In this document: one piece after another, positions 47,843 to 57,198 of the stretch | Position numbering within the stretch: position 1 is the first letter of the stretch | Layout: each line of letters begins with the position of its first letter | Origin: Chloroflexota bacterium | GTDB taxonomy: Bacteria; Chloroflexota; Chloroflexia; QHBQ01; JADMIH01 | DNA length: 57,198 bases | NCBI GenBank assembly: GCA_027317125.1 | Contig: DAHVFG010000003.1 | Location: forward strand, 1 to 57,198 | Reading direction: 5' to 3' | Program-made: the position numbers and the translations under genes | The notes under the pieces: model-generated | Seen by the model: the letters and a program-made list of their open reading frames with translations, nothing else | Databases searched by the model: none | What the model was told of the DNA's origin: nothing

Positions 47843-47995
47843 CTCTAATCACCTCGCTTACTTTGTCAGCGCCTGATACGCAGATGTGAGTTGCTCAGTC
47901 CTCAGCGCTCGTTGCTGGTAATAGTATAGCGTAGTTTCGTGGTTCTTGCTCTCCATCCTCAACAGTGCGTTGCCCGGAAAGCTGTGGCTGTTCGG

Positions 47996-48799
47996 TTAGC
48001 CAATGCCAAGCGCGGCCATGAGAGCGGGCAGATCATCATAAATATACGTAGGTTTAGCCTCGGCATGTTCGATGTCCGGCAATTGCGACACACCTGTAAG
48101 CAGCAAGGCGGTTGGTATGCCTGCTCGCGCCCCGAAGAGGATGTCTGTTTCCAGGCGGTCGCCCACGCAGAGCACCTGCTCAGGCTTCAGGCTGAGCCGG
48201 GACAAAGCCATCTCGGCCATGTAGGTACTGGGCTTTCCTATCACAACGGGAGCCACGCCTGAGCAGGTTTGCACCGCCGCCACTATGCTGCCCGCGCCGG
48301 GCCATAGCTCGCCACCTTCGATGGGCAACGTTGCATCGGCATTGGTAGCGATAAAGTGCGCCCCACTCCTGATGGCGGAGCAGGCTCGCTGCATGGCATC
48401 GTAGTTAAAACCATAGTCAAGCCCCACCACAACAAAGTTCGGCTGCCCCCCGTCAAGCCTGAACGCAGGCATCGTGGTGAGCGCATGCACCAGCCCCTCC
48501 TCCCCAAGGACGTAGACCCCTCCGCCATCCGGGTAGTTGTGCCTCAGGTAAATGGCGGTCGCCCCCGCTGAGGTGAGTATCGCCTCCGGCGGGGCGTTCA
48601 CCCCCATGCGGGCCAGTTTAGCGGAGACGTTTTCTGAAGTAAGAGTAGCGTTATTCGTCAGTAGAATATACGATAGTCCAGCCGCTCGCAACGCGGGGAG
48701 GATATCCTGCGCCCCTTTGAGCGCCTGCTTGCCCCTGTAGAGCACCCCATCCATGTCCAGGATTAGACCCAAGAATCTGCCTTCCAATTCGCCCGGCAT
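47996..48799 (-). CDS. HAD-IIA (NagD-like) hydrolase
   Basis: DMDGVL, TNN, GKP, VGDRLETDI; ATG 48799 follows GGAGG. Confidence 0.92.
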   Translation of the reverse strand: MPGELEGRFLGLILDMDGVLYRGKQALKGAQDILPALRAAGLSYILLTNNATLTSENVSAKLARMGVNAPPEAILTSAGATAIYLRHNYPDGGGVYVLGEEGLVHALTTMPAFRLDGGQPNFVVVGLDYGFNYDAMQRACSAIRSGAHFIATNADATLPIEGGELWPGAGSIVAAVQTCSGVAPVVIGKPSTYMAEMALSRLSLKPEQVLCVGDRLETDILFGARAGIPTALLLTGVSQLPDIEHAEAKPTYIYDDLPALMAALGIG

Positions 48800-48902
48800 C
48801 TCTACCTCCCACAAAGAGTACTCAGCTATTATCTACGAGCAGGCCCTCGCTGTCCAATCGGATTAACTGGCTGATCTTCAGAATTAGGGGTAGGAAGTAA
48901 AC

Positions 48903-48965
48903 CGGGGTGCATGGGCATAGCCCCAGAGGGGGGTACCCCCTCGCGGGTGTTGGGGTGCCCCATGT
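48903..48965. repeat. GC-rich REP-like palindromic element
   Basis: ggggtgcatgggc...gaggggggtaccccctc...gttggggtgcccc; similar to 52377. Confidence 0.5.
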
Positions 48966-49090
48966 CTCTCCTCCCACCCAAAGTGCAAACACTTCCGCCT
49001 CGCTGATTGCCGGAATCTCAGACCCGGCCTGCTGTATAATAACCTTCACCCCGATCTACCTCGACACATCCTTATCTTCTTCTTACGGCC

Positions 49091-49413
49091 ATGACCGGAT
49101 TATTTGGCTTCATTTTACCGATACTGCTTATCGAGCCTGTAGGCGCGCTTTACATTGTGGGATATGCCACAGCTGCTGTGGTGGTTCTGATTCGCAGTCG
49201 CGACACCGCGCTGGCGCGCCTGCTATCGCTGACGGTGCAATCACCGGTCTGATCATCAAGCTTGCAGCCACTTTGCTTAAGACGACCGAACTGCATAACT
49301 GGACCCGGATCCTGATGTTCGCCAGCATACTGGCCTTGCGCACTCTGCTCAAGAAGCTCTTCAACTGGGAGCAAGGCCGCCTTCAGCAGAGCGCCGCACG
49401 TCCACACCAATAG
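49091..49413 (+). pseudogene. Frameshifted DUF1622-like membrane protein
   Basis: The N-terminal half (MTGLFG...ARLL) is in one frame and stops at 49252; the C-terminal half (IADGAITGL..KLAATLLKT..RTLLK) is in the -1 frame; one base is missing near 49224. Confidence 0.65.
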
Positions 49414-49633
49414 TATCACCGCGTCACGTCATCCCCTACTTCCCCTTTCCTGCAAAGAATCGCCGGTTACCTAACCTCTCAGTATGAGCTCACTCCGTTG
49501 GGCTAACATGACATCAAGTATAATTACCATTGGCTTGCTTGCGCCCTTTTACCTTGCTGGTTTAACACAGTAGATGGGGCGCAGCCCAAAGTTCTAATTA
49601 CGCAGAAGATCCTATCCACACAGGAGCTACAAT

Positions 49634-51727
49634 ATGACGAATCGGCTGGCGGGCGAGACAAGCCCTTACTTATTGCAACATGCCCACAACCCTGTAGATT
49701 GGTATCCCTGGGGGCCGGAGGCTTTAGAGAACGCAAAGTCGGAGGACAAGCCGATATTCCTCAGCATTGGCTACTCGGCTTGCCATTGGTGTCACGTTAT
49801 GGAGCGTGAATCGTTCGAGAATGTCAAAATCGCCGAGCTAATGAACGAGCTTTTTGTGAACATCAAGGTAGATCGGGAGGAGAGGCCCGATCTCGACTCG
49901 GTCTATATGGAGGCGGTGCAAGCGATGACCGGGCACGGCGGCTGGCCGATGAGCGTATTCCTGACCCCTGATGGGGTGCCCTTCTTCGGCGGCACTTATT
50001 TCCCGGCGGCTGAGGATCGCGGCATGATGAGCTTCCCTCGTGTGCTACTTGCCGTTTCACGAGCTTATAAAGAGGAGCGGTCGAAAGTGGATGAGAGCGC
50101 GGTGCAGCTACGCCGGTTTCTGCAAGAAGGCTCGACGACGCCCCCTCTGGGGCAGCCTTCGCGGGCGGAACCTGACGTTTCTCTCCTCGATACCGCTTCC
50201 AGGAATATGCTCAAGCAATTCGACCGCGTGAATGGCGGCACTCAGGGTGCGCCCAAGTTCCCTCAGCCGATGAATCTCGACTTCATGCTCAGAGAGTACA
50301 AGCGCACAGGCGACCATAGCCTCCTCGCGATAGTAGAGCTTACGCTGCAGAAGATGGCGTGCGGTGGCATTTATGATCAGGTAGGCGGCGGCTTCCACCG
50401 CTATTCGGTAGACAATGTGTGGTTAGTGCCTCACTTCGAGAAGATGTTATACGATAACGCACTGCTAACTCGCGTCTACCTTGCGGCTTATCAGCTCACG
50501 CATAACCCGCTCTACAGGCGGGTAGCAGAGGAAACGCTCGACTACATATCCCGCGAGATGACATCACCTGAGGGAGGCTTCTATTCGACACAAGATGCAG
50601 ACAGCGAAGGTGTTGAGGGGAAATTTTACCTCTGGACGCCCGCCGAGACTTCAGCAGTCCTGGGGGACGAAGATGGCAAGCTCTTCAACCTTATCTTTGA
50701 CGTGACGCAGCGCGGCAACTTTGACGGCCAAAACATCCTCCATATGGAGCGCACTTTAGAGACAATCGCCGGCGCGACAGGGCTGCCGGTGGAACGGCTG
50801 CAAAATGTGGTGCGCACAGGGCGCGAAAAGCTGTATGAAGCACGCTCACAACGGGTCGCGCCTGGCCGAGATGAAAAGATAGTTGTCAACTGGAACGGCC
50901 TCATGCTTCGAGCATTCGCCGAGGCCGCGAGCATTCTGGAGCGCGATGACTACCGCCAGACCGCGCTCCGCAACGCCGAGTTTATCGTCTCCAGGTTGGT
51001 GCAGCCGGACGAGGCGGGTGAGGTAGCTTCAGGAATACGACTCTTTCGCACCTACAAAGACGGCAGGGCGCACATTGAGGCTTTCGCTGAGGACTACGCC
51101 GCATATGCTGACGGCTTGATCTCGCTCTACGAGGCCACCTTCCAGCCTGCCTGGATCGAGAAAGCGCGCGCCCTGATAGCCACTCTCACCGGGCATTTCT
51201 GGGACGCGGAGGGAGGCGGCTTCTTTTCGACAGCCGATTTTCACGAGGCGCTCGTCACGAGGCCCAAGGAGCTTTACGACAACGCAGTGCCGTCTGCCAA
51301 CTCGCTGGCAGCCGAGGCGCTGCTGCGGCTTTATCTACTCACAGCCGAGCCTGACTTCGAGAAGTATGCGCTGGAAACAATCCGCCCTATGCTCGATGCC
51401 CTTACCCAGGCTCCAACAGCTTTCGGGAGGATGCTTTGCGCCCTGGATTTCTATCTCACTTCGCCCGCTGAGGTAGCTTTGATCGGCGACCTACAAGCAG
51501 GTGATATGGCTGAAATGCTACGGGCCGTGTGGCGCGACTACGTGCCGAATAAAGTAGTGGCTGCTGCTGCTCCGGGTGACGAGGACGCAGCCCGCGTTGT
51601 GCCGCTACTGGAGGCGAGGACCGAAGTGGACGGTCGAGCTACCGCCTATGTATGCCGCAACTACATCTGCCAGGCCCCAACCACAGAGCCGTCCGAGGTA
51701 GCTCGCCTTCTGAGCGTCAGGAATTAG
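49634..51727 (+). CDS. Thioredoxin-domain protein, YyaL/DUF255 (SPATA20-like)
   Basis: [48 protein letters not shown]. Confidence 0.95.
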   Translation: MTNRLAGETSPYLLQHAHNPVDWYPWGPEALENAKSEDKPIFLSIGYSACHWCHVMERESFENVKIAELMNELFVNIKVDREERPDLDSVYMEAVQAMTGHGGWPMSVFLTPDGVPFFGGTYFPAAEDRGMMSFPRVLLAVSRAYKEERSKVDESAVQLRRFLQEGSTTPPLGQPSRAEPDVSLLDTASRNMLKQFDRVNGGTQGAPKFPQPMNLDFMLREYKRTGDHSLLAIVELTLQKMACGGIYDQVGGGFHRYSVDNVWLVPHFEKMLYDNALLTRVYLAAYQLTHNPLYRRVAEETLDYISREMTSPEGGFYSTQDADSEGVEGKFYLWTPAETSAVLGDEDGKLFNLIFDVTQRGNFDGQNILHMERTLETIAGATGLPVERLQNVVRTGREKLYEARSQRVAPGRDEKIVVNWNGLMLRAFAEAASILERDDYRQTALRNAEFIVSRLVQPDEAGEVASGIRLFRTYKDGRAHIEAFAEDYAAYADGLISLYEATFQPAWIEKARALIATLTGHFWDAEGGGFFSTADFHEALVTRPKELYDNAVPSANSLAAEALLRLYLLTAEPDFEKYALETIRPMLDALTQAPTAFGRMLCALDFYLTSPAEVALIGDLQAGDMAEMLRAVWRDYVPNKVVAAAAPGDEDAARVVPLLEARTEVDGRATAYVCRNYICQAPTTEPSEVARLLSVRN

Positions 51728-51749
51728 GAGCTAGCTGCGCTTACAGCTA

Positions 51750-52304
51750 CTAACCCCCGGCCCCTGATCCCTGACTGTCGGTCACCAGTTTCTCCAGCCC
51801 GTCGCGGTCCAGGCGATAGAGAAGCCAGTCGCGCAGGTGCTGCGCGCCCAGGCGTTGGTAAAAGTCAATGGCGTGCCGGTTCCATTCGAGCACTATCCAG
51901 TCGAGCCTGCCGCAACCCCGGCGCAGCGCCTCTTGTGCGCAATACTTCATCAGGGCGTAACCGACTCGGCGCGCCCTGAACTCCGCGAGGACGAAGAGGT
52001 CTTCCAGGTAGAGAGTGGGCAGCGCGAGGAAGGTTGAGTATGTCTCGAAGACAAAGGCATAGCCGGCTATCTGCCCCTCAACTTCCGCAAGGAATATCTC
52101 AAAACGCGGCTGCGGGCCGAAAGCGGCAGCGATTAACCGTTGCCGTGCCGCCTCGTCCGGGGGCGGGAGGCGTTCGAACTCAGCGAGTGCGATCACAAGT
52201 CTGATGATGTCCGGTGCGTCGGCAAGAGTGGCGTGCCGTACCACGATGGCGCTCTCCGGTCTGTCGTTGGGTGGTATGCTCTTGCTCGGTGGTTCTTGCA
52301 TCAT
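51750..52304 (-). CDS. GNAT N-acetyltransferase (SSAT-like)
   Basis: YSTFL..PTLYLEDLFV..E.R..RVG, W.VL.WN..AI.FY. Confidence 0.92.
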   Translation of the reverse strand: MMQEPPSKSIPPNDRPESAIVVRHATLADAPDIIRLVIALAEFERLPPPDEAARQRLIAAAFGPQPRFEIFLAEVEGQIAGYAFVFETYSTFLALPTLYLEDLFVLAEFRARRVGYALMKYCAQEALRRGCGRLDWIVLEWNRHAIDFYQRLGAQHLRDWLLYRLDRDGLEKLVTDSQGSGAGG

Positions 52305-52376
52305 CTTGCTCCAACTATCTCTATTGTGGCTCGATCACTCCTTAATGCAGGATCAGGGCACCTGTTAGTGAAAGAG

Positions 52377-52428
52377 GGAGTGCAGGGGCGCTCCCCTGCC
52401 GGGGTTTGGGGTCTCCCCGAATCCTCTC
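52377..52428. repeat. GC-rich REP-like palindromic element
   Basis: gggagtgcaggggcgctcccctgccggggtttgggggtctcccc. Confidence 0.55.
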
Positions 52429-52666
52429 TATTCCCTAACAGCTTGGCTGAAGCTGCATTAACAACTCGACGCGGTCGTCAGCGTACAGTGAATTAAACAG
52501 AAAACCCAGACAATCCTGACGGACCATCCGGGTTCCTGTTGCTCCTGAAGCTCAGCACTTCCGAAGTAGCTTCAGTATACATCCACTACTCCTCTCTGTC
52601 AATGGTCATATCGATCATTTTTTCCACATTATAAAGCGGATTGGAAGGATAGTTACTTCGTAATCG

Positions 52667-55045
52667 CTACTTGATTTGCACTCTTTGTGGTAGCTGTACT
52701 TCCTGGGTGGACGCGCTCGATTTTGGGTCGTATGCTCTTATGAAGATGGTGTAACTGCCTGCGGCAATAGCTGAAAGCGGGATATTACGTATGTCGGGGT
52801 AGACGAAACCGGGCCGCCACTTTGATGTCTCTTGCGTCCCCTCTGCGGGTGCGGTGTCTACTTGTTTGGCGGTTTCCTTGCTCTCTGATCTGGCGATGCG
52901 CACCACGATCCGGTAATCTCCAGCCGGGTAGCCGGTTGGCCGCCAGTATAACCCTAGCTGGATTGCGTCACTCGCCCCCACATCGACCCGTCCCACTCCT
53001 ATCGTAGGCTTCATATCTGCCGACAAGCGGGCTAATGTAGAGGCCGCCAGTGTGAGGGGCAACCCTGAAAGCGGTGTAGGTGGGGGCGCGTTGGTCCGCA
53101 GCAGCGCGGCGTAGTCTACATCCTGTCGTGACGTTGATATACCCTCCAAAAGGCGCACGCTCTGGCTCGTCAGTTTGGGGAGGGCGATCTTCTGGTCTAG
53201 TACCACTGCCTGCGGCCCGACCGCGCCTGCAAGCAGCGCAGCCTGGGCTTGTGGCTCTTTCAGCAGATCTTCTTCGTTACGCTCACCCGTGAAGCTGAAT
53301 ACGCCTCGCAGTAAATCACCCCAGGGCGCGCGGTCGAGGCCCTCCGCTGTGTAGACCGTGAAACCTGCTGTGTCTACAATGTAGTCGCCATCAAGAGGGA
53401 TGCGGGCGGGTGGTACTCCCGCCGCGAAGGTGTAGCCGGGGTCGAAGGACATTGCCTGCTCTCCCGGCCCCAGGTTGCGGCGAAGCGCCTGGCCTGTAGG
53501 CTGGTAAACCGTGTCGAAAGTTGTATAGCTGGCGACTCGCCACTGAGTAACAAGAAGTGGCAGCGCCAGCAATCCAAGCGCGGCAGCCGCCGCCACTTTC
53601 CCGGGGGTGACCTCCTTCCACAGTTGGCGCGAAGCAATAGCCCCCGCGAGAAGCGCCAGGGGTGGCACCCACTGTGTGTAATACTGGCTGTGGAATGAGC
53701 GGCTTACTATGAAGACAGCAACTACGGGCGCGGCCCAGAGCTCAGGTAGCGCCCATAGCTCTGCCCCTTGCGCCTCCCCGCGCCACCAACGCCAGAGCAT
53801 ATAAGCTATTGCTAACATACCCAGCCCCGCCAGCAGGAAGGTTAGCTGCGCTTCCGGGTAGGCCGCCACACGTGCAGCCTGGTCTATGTCTGCGCGCACT
53901 TCCTGTGGCCGCAGCAGTTGGAAGAAGATCACCTGCCGTATCATCTGCCCTGGGGCGGCTGCAAAGAAAGGAATCGCCAACGCTCCTGCGCCCACAACGC
54001 CCCCCGCTGCAAGCCAGCGCGCATCGCGCACCTGCCTGTTTGCTAACGTATACAGCAGGAGAGCCACAAGGAGGGCAATCCCCGGTATCTTGCACATCGC
54101 TGACATGCCTGCGAGCAGCCCCGCCCCGAATACCCACCTGCTACGCCGGCGCGGGTCGTCGGGCGCATACAGATAGAGGGCAAATGCCGCCAGCGACGTG
54201 ACATTCACCAGCGTCTCCAGCACGCCCACATTTGGCAGCCTCCTGTCCGACTCCGGCGCGAAAGCTGCTTTGCCGTCCAGGGCGAGCACTATAGCAGATA
54301 GGGCAGCCGAAGCTGTGCCGCCCACTTTCCGCGCACAAGCCCACACAAGCGGGATGGCAAGAATGCTGTAGAGGAGTAACCACTGGCGAGCAGCCACGAA
54401 TGCCGCAGCCCCGCCCCAGGCTTTTTCCAGTACAAGGGCGGGTGTGAAGGCCCACACCACACCTGGTGGGTGCGCCATGAAGGTGTCGCGATAGGCGGGG
54501 TGCCCCTGCGTGAAGATGGCGGTCTGAGTGTAGTAGACCATCTCGTCGAAGTTCGAGCCGGGCCATTGTCCTTCTGCGCCTGGAAGCAAGTGACTTCCCC
54601 GCAGCCAGGCTCCCGCAGCCAACGCGACCAGCAGACCGGCTACTGCCAAGAGCATGGAAACTCGCCTGTTGGTGGGCGCAGGCACGCTGGCAACGCTCTC
54701 TGCGCCACCCATGTCGATGTCAGTAGAAGGAATAACACGGACCGCCAAGATGAGGGTGAGCGCGCCGATCACCCATGCTGCCCAGGGCAACAGCGGCAGG
54801 TGTAGCGTGAGCAGTGCATACCCAGCCCGCTCCGGCGCGTCTATATCGGTTGGCCCTGACCAGGCGGTGGGCAGGTCGGCCATGCCTCCCCATAACCAGC
54901 CTGCGTAGCCCATTACCCCACGCGCCAGCTTGAGCGCTACTTCGGTTTGCAGGAAGATCATCGCCGTGCCATAAAGGAGCAGCGACCACCCCACAAAGCC
55001 AATCCAGCGCCTTCGCGCCAGACGTATTTCACTCCGCATAGGCAC
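52667..55045 (-). CDS. Multi-TM GT-C-like (PMT/ArnT-like) protein with C-terminal Ig-like domain
   Basis: FDEMVY (D-E motif), PY.DTF..HPPG, many TMs; C-terminal LYW...DYRI.V...W.PG...G.Y pattern. Confidence 0.7.
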   Translation of the reverse strand: MPMRSEIRLARRRWIGFVGWSLLLYGTAMIFLQTEVALKLARGVMGYAGWLWGGMADLPTAWSGPTDIDAPERAGYALLTLHLPLLPWAAWVIGALTLILAVRVIPSTDIDMGGAESVASVPAPTNRRVSMLLAVAGLLVALAAGAWLRGSHLLPGAEGQWPGSNFDEMVYYTQTAIFTQGHPAYRDTFMAHPPGVVWAFTPALVLEKAWGGAAAFVAARQWLLLYSILAIPLVWACARKVGGTASAALSAIVLALDGKAAFAPESDRRLPNVGVLETLVNVTSLAAFALYLYAPDDPRRRSRWVFGAGLLAGMSAMCKIPGIALLVALLLYTLANRQVRDARWLAAGGVVGAGALAIPFFAAAPGQMIRQVIFFQLLRPQEVRADIDQAARVAAYPEAQLTFLLAGLGMLAIAYMLWRWWRGEAQGAELWALPELWAAPVVAVFIVSRSFHSQYYTQWVPPLALLAGAIASRQLWKEVTPGKVAAAAALGLLALPLLVTQWRVASYTTFDTVYQPTGQALRRNLGPGEQAMSFDPGYTFAAGVPPARIPLDGDYIVDTAGFTVYTAEGLDRAPWGDLLRGVFSFTGERNEEDLLKEPQAQAALLAGAVGPQAVVLDQKIALPKLTSQSVRLLEGISTSRQDVDYAALLRTNAPPPTPLSGLPLTLAASTLARLSADMKPTIGVGRVDVGASDAIQLGLYWRPTGYPAGDYRIVVRIARSESKETAKQVDTAPAEGTQETSKWRPGFVYPDIRNIPLSAIAAGSYTIFIRAYDPKSSASTQEVQLPQRVQIK

Positions 55046-55244
55046 AATTATAACATGTCAGGGATTGGGCCAGAAGTTAGAATGGTCTGCAAAGTATTGC
55101 TAACACTCCCTACCCACTATTGACCGTTGGGATGTTATAATACCCCTGCTCCACTCGTCCCGCCGTATTACGTTTCACCTTCATTGGCATATCTCTTGAT
55201 TTACTATATTGCCATAACTACCTGGAGTACCTGGAGGAAATCTC

Positions 55245-55829
55245 ATGTCTACTGAACATATGCCTAACCCGCTCACTAATCCGGCTGCGCAGACTACGGA
55301 CGCGGGCGTGAAGGCGCAGAGCGTTCCGGCTGCCCAGCCCTCTGACTCTGCCCCGCAAGCCACGCAGTCGCCCCTGTCACTTGGGGCGGATTTGGCGCGT
55401 ATATTTGAGGAACAAGTTGATATAATATCCCAGCGACTTGTCTATAACACCCAGATGCTGATGGGCGTTAGCGCCCTCGGTTCTGACCCGGTGAGTGCGC
55501 GTGACACCACTCTGGTCGTTGCAAATGCCTTGCGTAACGACAACCCTGACGCGATAGAGCATGCACTCGTCAATTTGGGTGACGCACAAATCGCGCAGAT
55601 CAATGATAAGACTTCACCATTGAAGCTAAACTCCCAACTGGCGGGGTTGCTGGAAGGGATACTGCTCAATACCGTCTCCCAGGCTTACAACGCTGACCCT
55701 ACAAGGCTTCGTGAAGCTCGCATAATGCTCGACAATCTCTTCTTGCCCGCAAACGAGCTGATGCAGTCGCAGCCGCGTGCTATGGTGGAGTTCCAGGCCC
55801 CTGGACCTGGGCCGAACGCCCGCCAGTAA
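55245..55829 (+). CDS. Hypothetical helical cytoplasmic protein
   Basis: RBS GGAGG before ATG; 194 aa; no recognised motif. Confidence 0.7.
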   Translation: MSTEHMPNPLTNPAAQTTDAGVKAQSVPAAQPSDSAPQATQSPLSLGADLARIFEEQVDIISQRLVYNTQMLMGVSALGSDPVSARDTTLVVANALRNDNPDAIEHALVNLGDAQIAQINDKTSPLKLNSQLAGLLEGILLNTVSQAYNADPTRLREARIMLDNLFLPANELMQSQPRAMVEFQAPGPGPNARQ

Positions 55830-55840
55830 GGAACTTTGCT

Positions 55841-57198
55841 GTGTTTCAATCAGAGACCAATCACCAAAGCGGGCATCACTCTCCGCTGAAATCGTTAGCT
55901 GCTTTGCTGCTGGTTAGCGCATGGCTCCTCGGTTGGGCGTCGGCCGCGGCGCAAGGCTCGTGGCCCCCACTCAACGGCTCGGTGGCTGACGGCACAGGCA
56001 AGCTCGATAGCGCGGCTGTGAACCAGGCTGCTCAAAGCTTACAGGCGCTTGGAGCTAAGCCGCTCGCTATTCTAACGCAAACCAACCTCGGCTATCTCGA
56101 CGACCAGCAGTTTGCTCTGACCGGCGCCGCGAACTACGGTTTAGCAAACGGCAGCACAGTAGACCCGAATCTGCTGGCGGTTGTGGTTGTTCTTGACACC
56201 AGGCGGTCAAATATCGTCTACGGCGACAACCTCAAGCCCGCAATGGAACAGCGGCCTGCTTCCGGCGGCGGCACCGTAGCTGACCAGATACGCAACAACT
56301 ATCTGAACCCCAAGCTGGCCTCAGGCGACTTTACCGGGGCATTCACAGACAGCTTCTCCCAGGCCGCCCGGCAAATTAGCCTCTACAGGAACCCGGTCCC
56401 TACCGCCACGCCGCAGCCCGCAGTGGTCAACAATACGCAGATAGATACGCAGGGTATCGGCAACGCTCTCCTCATCGGCTTCGTAGTGGTAATCGGCCTT
56501 GCCGTACTGGTTATCGGCGGCCCTATGCTCTACCGCAGATGGCGGAGCGGCCAGGATGCGGCTGCGAAGAGGCGCACCTTGCAGGAGCAGCTTCTCCAGG
56601 CGCGCAATGTCACTGCCGACATGATCACCAACCTTGACTTCCCGCCCGACCCCAAAGAGCAAATCCAGTACAAGTTTATCGCTCTTGCCTTGCAGAACGA
56701 ACGGCCTCAGCAGCTGGCGCAGATCAACTCGCAATACCGTGAGATTTATAATCGCCTCGCCAACGCCCTTACCGTCTTCAACAACCTCAACAACACACCC
56801 CACAACAGCGATCAGGAGATCACCTCGGCCATAGCACAATACCAGCAGGTGCAGAGCGAGGTGAAGGGCGCGGAGGCCTTCTTGAAGTATTTGTCCGACA
56901 CCAGCAACCAACTGGAGACGCAGGTGTCTGCCGCGCCGGAGGAGAGAGATGCGGCAAAAAAAGATATGGCCGCAGCGACTGATGCGCTCTCCCGGTTAGC
57001 TGCGGCGGCCCCCGATCTCTACTCTCCAGAGCCTTCGCGCCTCTTTGCCGTCGTCAACAGCAAGCTCTCCGAGACGGCGAATGCGCTCGCAGCCAGGCCA
57101 TCTATGCCTTTACGTGCTTATGATAATGCTGTGCAGGCTCGTTCCGCCGCAGGCTCTATCCTCAAATCCGTAGGCTCGTTGTCGCAAGCCTACAACAC
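55841..57198 (+). CDS. TPM-domain-like secreted/membrane protein with coiled-coil tail, 3' truncated (missing from ORF track)
   Basis: Hand translation from GTG 55841 is open to the window end: signal peptide (LAALLLVSAW...AAAQ), V.D.TG.L, NPKLASGDFTGAF, PVPTATPQP linker, TM, helical region. Confidence 0.75.
   Translation, partial: MFQSETNHQSGHHSPLKSLAALLLVSAWLLGWASAAAQGSWPPLNGSVADGTGKLDSAAVNQAAQSLQALGAKPLAILTQTNLGYLDDQQFALTGAANYGLANGSTVDPNLLAVVVVLDTRRSNIVYGDNLKPAMEQRPASGGGTVADQIRNNYLNPKLASGDFTGAFTDSFSQAARQISLYRNPVPTATPQPAVVNNTQIDTQGIGNALLIGFVVVIGLAVLVIGGPMLYRRWRSGQDAAAKRRTLQEQLLQARNVTADMITNLDFPPDPKEQIQYKFIALALQNERPQQLAQINSQYREIYNRLANALTVFNNLNNTPHNSDQEITSAIAQYQQVQSEVKGAEAFLKYLSDTSNQLETQVSAAPEERDAAKKDMAAATDALSRLAAAAPDLYSPEPSRLFAVVNSKLSETANALAARPSMPLRAYDNAVQARSAAGSILKSVGSLSQAYN

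Noticed and set aside
56321-56911. 196-aa minus-strand ORF and the many other antisense or alternate-frame ORFs in the track
   Set aside because: They are shadows of confident genes in GC-rich DNA; this one is antisense to the open TPM-like frame.
56955-56964. A7 run as a programmed frameshift site
   Set aside because: The reading frame stays open through it (AAKKD) and no downstream stimulatory structure is evident.

Overview
A 57.2 kb, moderately GC-rich bacterial chromosomal window. Protein styles (Bacillus-type SdhCAB, YbbR/CdaR, an MPRTG sorting signal, GT-C membrane proteins with C-terminal beta-domains) suggest a monoderm, probably Chloroflexota; this is inference, as no search was run. 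Bases 1-15.3 kb hold a surface-glycosylation locus: five GT4 enzymes, three multi-TM GT-C-like proteins, a Wzx/MOP-type flippase and a SAM methyltransferase. Related genes lie at 44.0-47.4 kb (O-antigen ligase/Wzy-like, a possible Wzz-like protein, a methyltransferase) and 52.7-55.0 kb (a fourth GT-C-like protein). The rest is mostly housekeeping: hpt, tilS, rluB-like, cmk, sdhCAB, glmS, cdaR-like, prfA-prmC, an EF-G paralogue, a RidA-family gene, and three tRNAs (anticodon CAT, Pro-GGG, Thr-CGT). No CRISPR array, rRNA, transposase or integrase was seen. The most unusual signals are: (i) a MITE-like element with GTAACTGTTCAG/CTGAACGCTTAC-type ends directly upstream of all three tRNA promoters; (ii) two GT-C genes that seem to need non-canonical starts (ACG, ATA); (iii) AT-rich heptamer palindromes between genes; (iv) a possible split Wzx/Wzy/Wzz plus GT-C glycosylation system with Pro/Thr-rich candidate acceptor proteins nearby. 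All product calls come from motif recognition by eye.
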